The notes beneath the pieces were generated by a model that saw nothing but the letters and a program-made list of their open reading frames with translations, did not search any database and was not told where the DNA came from. From positions 30,982-94,981 of the forward strand of contig CAVSJE010000004.1 of the NCBI GenBank assembly GCA_963728115.1: 64,000 nt of DNA. The letters are read 5' to 3'. Shown here one piece after another: positions 43,086 through 50,192 of this stretch; the first letter of the stretch is position 1, and each line of letters begins with the position of its first letter. The position numbers and the translations under genes are program-made. Source of the stretch: an uncultured Gemmatimonadaceae bacterium. Lineage in GTDB: Bacteria; Gemmatimonadota; Gemmatimonadetes; Gemmatimonadales; Gemmatimonadaceae.

Positions 43086-44843
43086 GTGAGTCAGCCGGAC
43101 GTCGTTCTCATCCATCCGCCGAGCATCTTCGACTTTCGCGACCGCACGATCTTCTACGGCCCGATCAGCGACGTCGTGCCGTCATCGCCGATCTTCGAGA
43201 TGTACCCCATCGGGTTCGCGACCCTGGCGGCCTACCTCCGCCGCCACGGGTACCGCACGCGGATCGTGAATCTGGCGCTCCGCATGATGCGGAGCCGGCG
43301 GTTCGACGTCGAGCGGTACCTCGCGCGGTTCCACCCCACGCTGTTCGGCATCGACCTCCACTGGCTGCCGCATGCCCACGGCGGCCCCGAGATCGCCAAA
43401 CTGCTCAAGCGCCTGCACCCCGACGTTCCGATCGTCTTCGGCGGCATCTCGTCCAGCTACTTTCACGAAGAACTGATCCAGGATCCGGCCGTCGACTTCG
43501 TGCTGCGGGGCAGCGTCACCGAACCCTGCCTCGTGGCGCTGCTGCGCGAGTTGGAAGGGGAACGGCGGTTCGAGCGGGTGCCGAACCTCACGTGGAAGGA
43601 CCGCGGACAGGTGCGGGTGAATCCAGCCTCGTTCGCCCCGCCCACGCTCGACCCGTACGACCTCGACGCCGGGATGATCATCGGTTCGGTGGTGGGGCAT
43701 CTCGATTTCTGGACGAGCATTCCCTTCCACGCCTGGTGGCGGCACCCGATCACCGCAGTGCTCACCGTGCGCGGGTGCGCGCGCGGGTGCGTCACCTGTG
43801 GCGCGTCCAACGGCGCCTTCAAGCGCTTCATGCAGGCGCACCACCCGCTGCTCCGCGGGCCCGAGGCGATCGCCTCGCAGATTCGCCAGTTCGCCTCCTT
43901 CACCCGCGCGCCGGTCTTCCTGGTGGGCGACATCAACGACGGCGGACCGGCGTATGCCCACGCCGTGGTCGACGCGATCGGCCGGCAACCCGTCTCCAAT
44001 CGCATCATCTTCGAGTTCTTCGAGCCGCCGCCGGCCGATCTCCTGCAGCGCATCGACGCGTCGATTCCCCACTGGGGGGCCGAACTCTCGCCTGAGAGCC
44101 ACGACGAGGCGGTGCGGGCCCGATTGGGCAAGGCCGACTACACGAACGCCGAACTCGAGGCGGGCATCGCCCGCATGCTGGCCCTCCGCTGCGAGAACCT
44201 GGACATGTTCTTCATGATCGGGCTGCCGGGCCAGACCTACGACAACGTGATGCAGATGACCGACGCCATCGAAGGGCTCTTCGAGCGCTTCGACCGGCGC
44301 CTCTCGGCGTTCATCACGCCCATGGGACCGTTCATCGACCCCGGCAGCGAGGGCTTCGAGCACGCCGAGGCCCAGGGCTACCGGCTGCGCGCCCACACGC
44401 TGGCCGAACATCGCGCCCTGCTCGAGGACGGCCGCGACTGGGAGTCGTTCCTCAACTACTCCACCGACGCGATGTCGCGTGCCGAAATCGTGGACGCCAC
44501 CTATGACGGCGCCGAACGCTTGAACGCGCTCAAGCAGCGGTACGGACGCATCGACGCCGCGCAGGCCAACGCGGTGGCGGCCCGGATGCAGGGCGCCCGC
44601 GAGCTGCGGCGGCGGTTCGGGGAGGCCGGCGGCCGTGCGCTCGATCCCGCGCTGCACCGCGAACTGCTGGGCGACGTCCGCGCCTATTCCGAGGACACGG
44701 TGAACGCCAAGGCCGAGTTGTTTCCGCCCGGGGCGTTCATCCGCAACTTCCGGCTGGGGGGGATTCTCCGCCTGCTCGCCCGCGAGGCGTGGCTGAACGT
44801 CGGGCGCCGCCGGCGGCCGGTGCCCGCCGTCCCCGCAGACTGA
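43086..44843 (+). CDS. B12-binding-domain radical SAM protein
   Basis: The GTG at 43086 lies 10 nt after GGGAAGGAG. The N-terminus resembles a B12-binding Rossmann fold (VVLIHPPS...IVFGGISSSYF). The radical SAM motif is CARGCVTC (Cx3Cx2C). Confidence 0.85.
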   Translation: MSQPDVVLIHPPSIFDFRDRTIFYGPISDVVPSSPIFEMYPIGFATLAAYLRRHGYRTRIVNLALRMMRSRRFDVERYLARFHPTLFGIDLHWLPHAHGGPEIAKLLKRLHPDVPIVFGGISSSYFHEELIQDPAVDFVLRGSVTEPCLVALLRELEGERRFERVPNLTWKDRGQVRVNPASFAPPTLDPYDLDAGMIIGSVVGHLDFWTSIPFHAWWRHPITAVLTVRGCARGCVTCGASNGAFKRFMQAHHPLLRGPEAIASQIRQFASFTRAPVFLVGDINDGGPAYAHAVVDAIGRQPVSNRIIFEFFEPPPADLLQRIDASIPHWGAELSPESHDEAVRARLGKADYTNAELEAGIARMLALRCENLDMFFMIGLPGQTYDNVMQMTDAIEGLFERFDRRLSAFITPMGPFIDPGSEGFEHAEAQGYRLRAHTLAEHRALLEDGRDWESFLNYSTDAMSRAEIVDATYDGAERLNALKQRYGRIDAAQANAVAARMQGARELRRRFGEAGGRALDPALHRELLGDVRAYSEDTVNAKAELFPPGAFIRNFRLGGILRLLAREAWLNVGRRRRPVPAVPAD

Positions 44844-44847
44844 CCGG

Positions 44848-46248
44848 CTACGGCCGGCGCCCGAGGATCCGGGCCCGAACCTCGGCCGGCGACATCTGCA
44901 GATGACAGGGCGCGCACTCGCGGCTCGGGTGGTGGTCCCGGCGGTCGGCGTGGCAGGTCAGGCAGAACGTGCGGTCCCCGGTGAGCAGGGCGAGCGTCTC
45001 GGTGGCGTGGCACTCGGCGCAGGCGAAGTGGTCCGCGGACTTGTGGACCGCCGCGACCGTCGTCCCGTGGCACCCCGTGCAGTCGCGGGCATCGCGGTGG
45101 TGCGACGCGTGACACGTCGCGCACGCGGCCACCGTCCCGATGGCCGACGGCGTGGTGTGGCAATCCGCGCAGGCTACGGCGGCATGCGCGTCGTGCCGGA
45201 AAACGACGGCGCGGCTCGCCGGCGCGCCGGCGGCTTTCAGACGCAGTGGCAGCGTCACCGGTTCCGGACGGCCCGCCAGCACGGCCGGTGGATGGCAGGT
45301 GGCGCAGGCCAGCGTCGAGGTCACGTGGTGGCAGCTGTTGCAGGCGGCGGCAGTCACCGTGGTCTTCCCGTGGCCCAAGTCGACGTTGTGGCCGCCGGCC
45401 GCAAAGTACGTGGCCGCGGAATGGCATCCGCTGCAGGCGAGCCCGGCGTTCACCACGTGGCCGCCGTGATTGAACGGCTGGCCGAACGCGGTGTCGCGCC
45501 CCGCTTCGATGCCATAGTGACAATAGGCGCACACGTTGGACGCGGGATCGGGGCCGAGCGCCGGAACGGGCGGCGCCTGTTCCCCGGCGCTTCGGTACGC
45601 GCCGGCGGCCGAACCGAGCGCCGAGCGCAGCAACGCATCGGCCCCCGCCACGTTGTGCAGGGCCACCCCCCTGCGCACCAGCCCCAGCGCCGTCGCGGCG
45701 TCGCGCAGTTGCGCCTGCGGCTGCGAACGGCCGGCGAGCGCCGCATCGCCGTTGGCGGCGGCTACGTACGCCTCCACGGCTCGCATGCGCCAATCCAGTC
45801 CCGCCGCCCAGCGTGGCAGCATCGAGTCGAAGCGAGCGCCGTGGCACGCCGTGCAGGCACGGCCGATGGCAGCCAGCCGGGGGGCGCCCGGCCGGGCAGC
45901 GAGCGCCGAATCGGTATGGCAGCCCCGGCAATCGACGCGGGCCAGGGACATGCGGTCGGCGCGCACCGCCGGGTCGGCGCGATTCCCATCGTACAGGATC
46001 TTCACGGCGTCGTGTGCCTGCGCGTGGCAGGTGACGCAGCGGGCCGCCTTTTCCCGCGCCGTGCCGACCATCGTGGCGTGGACCGCCGGATGGCAACTCG
46101 TGCAGTCGAGACGGCCGCTATCGCTCGACGCCTGCCCCTGTTGGGCGGGCGCCGGCGGTGGTTGGCGGTTCGGCGACCAGCCGACGAGTGATCCCATGGC
46201 CACGACGGCCAGGAACCCCTCGACGAGTCGGCGCCGAACCTCAGTCAT
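44848..46248 (-). CDS. 14-haem c-type cytochrome with N-terminal signal/anchor
   Basis: 466 aa with 14 CxxCH motifs. It is colinear with the C-terminal two-thirds of the 21-haem protein. Confidence 0.88.
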   Translation of the reverse strand: MTEVRRRLVEGFLAVVAMGSLVGWSPNRQPPPAPAQQGQASSDSGRLDCTSCHPAVHATMVGTAREKAARCVTCHAQAHDAVKILYDGNRADPAVRADRMSLARVDCRGCHTDSALAARPGAPRLAAIGRACTACHGARFDSMLPRWAAGLDWRMRAVEAYVAAANGDAALAGRSQPQAQLRDAATALGLVRRGVALHNVAGADALLRSALGSAAGAYRSAGEQAPPVPALGPDPASNVCAYCHYGIEAGRDTAFGQPFNHGGHVVNAGLACSGCHSAATYFAAGGHNVDLGHGKTTVTAAACNSCHHVTSTLACATCHPPAVLAGRPEPVTLPLRLKAAGAPASRAVVFRHDAHAAVACADCHTTPSAIGTVAACATCHASHHRDARDCTGCHGTTVAAVHKSADHFACAECHATETLALLTGDRTFCLTCHADRRDHHPSRECAPCHLQMSPAEVRARILGRRP

Positions 46249-46252
46249 GGCA

Positions 46253-47101
46253 TCAGCTCAGCAGGGCGTAGATCACGAGCAGGACGAGAAACACGCCGAC
46301 CGCGAGCGAGGCAAAGCCGAGCCCCATGGACCAGAGATACGTGGCGCGTGAGGGTTCCGGCGCCTCGAGCTTGGCGAGACTGCCGTCCTGTACTTCACGC
46401 TCGTACTCCAGCGGATGCTCCTCCTCGAAGTACTCGGCGCGCGCCCGCCCCGTGAAGATCACGAGATCGATGGGGAACTTGCCGGGGCGCAGATGGACGT
46501 TGAAGAAGTGGATGGTGAAGATGAACCCGAGCGCGAGCAGCGCCTCGTCGCCGTGCACGATGGTGGCCACGTTGAACAACCAGCCGGGCAGGAAGCGCGC
46601 GAAGAAGGTCGGGAACCAGAGCAGGAGGCCGGAGCCGCCGATGATCGCCACCCCCCAGAACACCGCCCAGTAGTCGAACTTCTCCATGTAGCTGAAGCGG
46701 TCGAACTTCGGCTGCGGGCCGAGCCCCAGGAACCACTTGAACATGCCCATGACGTCGCGGATGTCCTTGGGTTGGGGCACCATGCTCCGCGGCCCCCAGA
46801 AGATCGACAGCTTGTGGTCGGTCCTGATCAGCTTGCGGACCACCGATACCAGGTGGATGAAGAAGTATCCGAAGGTGATCGCGGCGCACACGCGGTGGAT
46901 GAAGGCCGCCGACGCGGGGCCGCCGAGCACCTTCATGAGCGGCGTGGCCCACCCGGCGTACGCGAAGCGCAGCGGCACGCCGGTGATGACGAGGCCGAGG
47001 AACGAGATGATCACGAGCGCGTGGGTGGTACGCTCGATGGGACCGAAGCGGGTGATGTACGGACCCTTGCCCTGGTCCGAAACGGCCATGGGCTTTTTCA
47101 T
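46253..47101 (-). CDS. FdnI/HydC-type (PF01292-like) membrane b-type cytochrome
   Basis: 282 aa with RFGPIERTTHALVIISFLGLVITG, and conserved His residues in helices (FIHRV, IVHGDEA, FTIHFFNVH). It overlaps the upstream cytochrome stop as ATGA. Confidence 0.8.
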   Translation of the reverse strand: MKKPMAVSDQGKGPYITRFGPIERTTHALVIISFLGLVITGVPLRFAYAGWATPLMKVLGGPASAAFIHRVCAAITFGYFFIHLVSVVRKLIRTDHKLSIFWGPRSMVPQPKDIRDVMGMFKWFLGLGPQPKFDRFSYMEKFDYWAVFWGVAIIGGSGLLLWFPTFFARFLPGWLFNVATIVHGDEALLALGFIFTIHFFNVHLRPGKFPIDLVIFTGRARAEYFEEEHPLEYEREVQDGSLAKLEAPEPSRATYLWSMGLGFASLAVGVFLVLLVIYALLS

Positions 47102-48387
47102 GGGTGGTCCTCCTGCGATCCGGGTCCGGCCTGGCCCGGCGGGGGCGCGTCATGGGGGCCGCGCCCGCGCACACGGTCCAGAATCAGGCGTCCCAGCCAG
47201 AGCAGGGTGTGCGCGCCGAAGAAAACGAATACGCTCACCAGCAGCGTGGTCATGAACAGCCAGGTCCAGAACAGGAGCGGGAACCCGGTCCGGTCCTTCG
47301 GATCGCCGTGGGGCTGGTACTTCACGAAGTTCGCGTTGGCGTTCGGATGACAGGCGCCGCAGGTCGCCACCAGATTCGCCGGATTGGTGGACGACTTGGG
47401 ATCGGTCACGGGCCGCATGTCGTGCGCCGTGTGGCAGTCGCTGCACTTTGCCGTGAGTCCGAACCCGAGTTCGGTGACCTGGCCGTGATACGTCTCGAAG
47501 TACGTGCCGTATTCCTTCTCATGGCACGATCCGCACTCCTGCACCACGCCACGGAACCAGACGGGGTCCGACGCCGGCACCAGATGGTGCGCCGGATGGC
47601 AGTCCACGCACACCGGCGCGCTGTGCCCGGTGGGGGTGGTGGCGCCCGTGCGCCGCGCCTGTCCGTGCGACGACTGGTTGAAGGTCTCGAGCACGCCGGC
47701 GTGGCACTTGCCGCAGGTCTCGGCGATGTTGTCGCGGTTGATCGAGGACTGCGCGGAATCCGGCGGCAGGATGAGGTGCGCGCCGTGGCAGTCGTTGCAG
47801 GTGGCCGATACAACCAGCCCCGCCTTCGTCATCGCCATGCCGTGCACGGTCTTGTAGTACGCATTGACGGCGGTGCGCGCCGCCGTGTCCTTGGGCTGAT
47901 TGAAGTAGGTGCCGACGATCTGAGGATTGGCGTGACAGCTGCCGCACAATCCCGCCACGTTCAATGGATACGTCGGCGAACGCGGGTCGGTGGCCGCAAG
48001 CACGTGATGGGTGCCGTGGCAGGTGGCACACGTGGGCGCGTTGCCCCGTGTCACCGCGTCGAGCGCATGGATCGAGCGCGCCCAGTCGTCGCCTTCCTTC
48101 TGGTGGCAGCTCTGGCAGGGCACGGCCACCACGGTCGTCACGCGGTGCGGATACCCGTTCGCGAAATCCGGGTGACAGCTCGCGCAACTGAGCCCCGCGT
48201 GCTTCGAATCGCGGAGCACGGAGTCGGGCACGAACAGTACGGAGTCGGGCTTGACCGAACGGCCCTTGCCGATGAGGAATTCCCGGTTCGCGTGACAGTT
48301 GCGGCACGCGACCACGCCGTCCTGCCGCTGGGCCGCGGCCGGCAATGCCAGCGTGAGGCCGAGGGCGGCGGCGGCGATCGCGCGCAT
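47098..48387 (-). CDS. 11-haem c-type cytochrome with signal peptide and C-terminal TM anchor
   Basis: The ATG at 48387 gives MRAIAAAALGLTLALPAAAQ. It has 11 CxxCH motifs and a C-terminal helix LLFWTWLFMTTLLVSVFVFFGA. Confidence 0.88.
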   Translation of the reverse strand: MRAIAAAALGLTLALPAAAQRQDGVVACRNCHANREFLIGKGRSVKPDSVLFVPDSVLRDSKHAGLSCASCHPDFANGYPHRVTTVVAVPCQSCHQKEGDDWARSIHALDAVTRGNAPTCATCHGTHHVLAATDPRSPTYPLNVAGLCGSCHANPQIVGTYFNQPKDTAARTAVNAYYKTVHGMAMTKAGLVVSATCNDCHGAHLILPPDSAQSSINRDNIAETCGKCHAGVLETFNQSSHGQARRTGATTPTGHSAPVCVDCHPAHHLVPASDPVWFRGVVQECGSCHEKEYGTYFETYHGQVTELGFGLTAKCSDCHTAHDMRPVTDPKSSTNPANLVATCGACHPNANANFVKYQPHGDPKDRTGFPLLFWTWLFMTTLLVSVFVFFGAHTLLWLGRLILDRVRGRGPHDAPPPGQAGPGSQEDHP

Positions 48388-48591
48388 CGCGCCCGCTACT
48401 CTCCGCTCCGGCCAATGACGAGGGCGTGTCCTACTGCGATCGGACCCGCCCTCCGGTTGCAATCGTTTCACGGTGACCTGTCCGCTGTACGTTCGCGTTT
48501 GGCTCGCCTGGATTCTCGAAGCACCTGCTCGTTCATCAGTTTCGGCCGTCCTGCAGCCACCGATAAGGAACGGCCGCGGGTGCATTGCAAC

Positions 48592-48628
48592 TAGCGGAAT
48601 TGCCCTGAGCCCACGTAGGGGAATTGCC
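48592..48628. promoter_or_regulatory. Two direct repeats TAGSGGAATTGCC spaced 24 nt apart, in the divergent promoter region
   Basis: The copies are at 48592-48604 (TAGCGGAATTGCC) and 48616-48628 (TAGGGGAATTGCC). They lie between the cytochrome operon and the sigma factor gene. Confidence 0.3.
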
Positions 48629-48791
48629 GCGTGCGCCGAGCCCCGGCTTCGCAGGGCGCCGCGCGCGGCGCCCGCCACAGCCGATGGGCCAAGGGAAAGC
48701 CCTCACGAAGTATCAGGCTTCGGCTGATGCGGACGCCCACCCGCGAAGGGAAGATTGCGCACACCCCAAACGGACGTCGAAGGTGTGAGCC

Positions 48792-49679
48792 ATGACACGT
48801 GCCATTCGTGACCGCAGCATTGGGGTGCCGGCGTCGATGCCGGCACATCCGCGGCACCCCGACATCCTCGATCAGTATCTGTTCGAGGTCAATCGCTACC
48901 CGTTGCTCACAGCCGCCGAGGAACTCGCGCTCGCCCGCCGCATACACGCCGGCGACACCGCGGCGCTCGACGAACTGGTGCAGCGGAACCTGCGCTTCGT
49001 GATCTCCGTGGCCAAGAAGTACCGCCACCGCGGGCTGTCGCTCCTCGACCTGATCGAAGAGGGCAACATCGGCCTCATGACCGCCGCCCGGCGGTTCGAT
49101 CCCGATCGCGGGGTCAAGTTCATCTCGTACGCCGTGTGGTGGGTACGCCAGTCCATCCTCGCCGCACTCGCGCGGCAGAGCCGCACGGTGCGGTTGCCGC
49201 TCAACCGCACCGGCGACCTGTCCCGGGTGGTGAAGACGTCGGCCTCGCTGCGCCAGGAACTCGACCGCGAGCCCACGGAGGAGGAGTTGTCGCGGGTGAC
49301 CGGCCTGTCGCAGGAGGTCGTGCGATCGTTGGTCGGCGTCAACCGGAACGAACTCCGCCTCGACGCCCCGTTGAATCGCGAGGGCGACCGCGCCCTGGTG
49401 GAGCAGTTCGTCCACGCCGAAGCCCCGGATATCGAGGAGGAGGCCGCCCGCCACCTGCTGCGGGACGATCTCGAGTTCGCCATGCAGGCGCTCTCGCCGC
49501 GCCACCAGCGCGTGCTCCGGCTCTACTTCGGATTCGACGATGGCCGCGAGCGCACGCTGGAGGAAATCGGGGAACTGTTCGGGGTCACCCGCGAACGCAT
49601 CCGGCAGCTCCGCGACCGGGCCCTCAAACACCTGCACGACGGCCGGTCCGGCCGGGCTCTGGAGACGTACGTGGGATGA
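48792..49679 (+). CDS. Alternative sigma-70 family RNA polymerase sigma factor (regions 1.2 to 4, no region 1.1)
   Basis: It has the motifs NLRFVISVAKKYRHRGLSLLDLIEEGNIGLMTAARRFDPDRGVKFISYAVWWVRQSI and EEIGELFGVTRERIRQL. Confidence 0.9.
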   Translation: MTRAIRDRSIGVPASMPAHPRHPDILDQYLFEVNRYPLLTAAEELALARRIHAGDTAALDELVQRNLRFVISVAKKYRHRGLSLLDLIEEGNIGLMTAARRFDPDRGVKFISYAVWWVRQSILAALARQSRTVRLPLNRTGDLSRVVKTSASLRQELDREPTEEELSRVTGLSQEVVRSLVGVNRNELRLDAPLNREGDRALVEQFVHAEAPDIEEEAARHLLRDDLEFAMQALSPRHQRVLRLYFGFDDGRERTLEEIGELFGVTRERIRQLRDRALKHLHDGRSGRALETYVG

Positions 49680-49682
49680 TGC

Positions 49683-49706
49683 CGCGGCGGGGATGGTGCC
49701 GCCGCG
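49683..49706 (+). terminator. GC hairpin directly after the sigma factor stop
   Basis: CGCGGCGG-ggatggtg-CCGCCGCG forms an 8-bp stem. No U-tract follows it. Confidence 0.3.
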
Positions 49707-49753
49707 TCGCCCCGGCCCCGCCGGCCCACCTCCTCCGCCGCCCGGGTCGACGG

Positions 49754-49785
49754 CCGTCTGTCAGGGAATCCCCGGCAATTCCTAC
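49754..49785. promoter_or_regulatory. Cluster of GGNAATTCC-like motifs upstream of feoA
   Basis: The motifs are GGGAATCC at 49754, GGCAATTCC at 49764 (the reverse complement of GGAATTGCC) and GGGAATTCC at 49777. Confidence 0.3.
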
Positions 49786-49898
49786 CGGGAATTCCGATTG
49801 TTCTGCTTCCCTCGCCGGCTACTCTTCGCTCAGCGCTGGAGCGGGTCGCGGCCGGCGCTGAGGGTGGCTTCCGCGGCCCCAGATCGCCCGCAATCACC

Positions 49899-50192
49899 GT
49901 GCTGAAATTCTGGAGACGTCGGCCTCACATCCCGAGCCTTTCGAGCGCGCGGTTCACCTGTCCGGAGGACTGTCCGCTCGCGGCGTGTCCGATCGGCTAC
50001 TGCGCGCTCGTGGTGGGGCTGTCGTGCCCCGTGGAAGAGGCCCGCCGCCTGCGCACCCTGGGAGTGTTCGAAGGGGCGCGCGTGGGCATCGTCGATACAC
50101 GCAGCGGCATCCTGCTCGACGTGCGCGGGTCGCGGCTGGCGCTCGACGTCTCGGTGGCACGTACGATTCGCGTGCGGCCCCTGGCGGCATGA
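49899..50192 (+). CDS. feoA: FeoA-domain protein
   Basis: The C-terminal region LRTLGVFEGARVGIVDTRSGILLDVRGSRLALDVSVARTIRV is a FeoA SH3-like domain. The GTG start is uncertain. Confidence 0.7.
   Translation: MLKFWRRRPHIPSLSSARFTCPEDCPLAACPIGYCALVVGLSCPVEEARRLRTLGVFEGARVGIVDTRSGILLDVRGSRLALDVSVARTIRVRPLAA

Noticed and set aside
48414-48727. Small ORFs inside the 404-nt intergenic region: a 59-aa ORF ending at 48594 and the 84-aa ORF at 48473-48727.
   Set aside because: Their third-position GC is low (about 60%), they are not recognisable, and the region looks like regulatory DNA.
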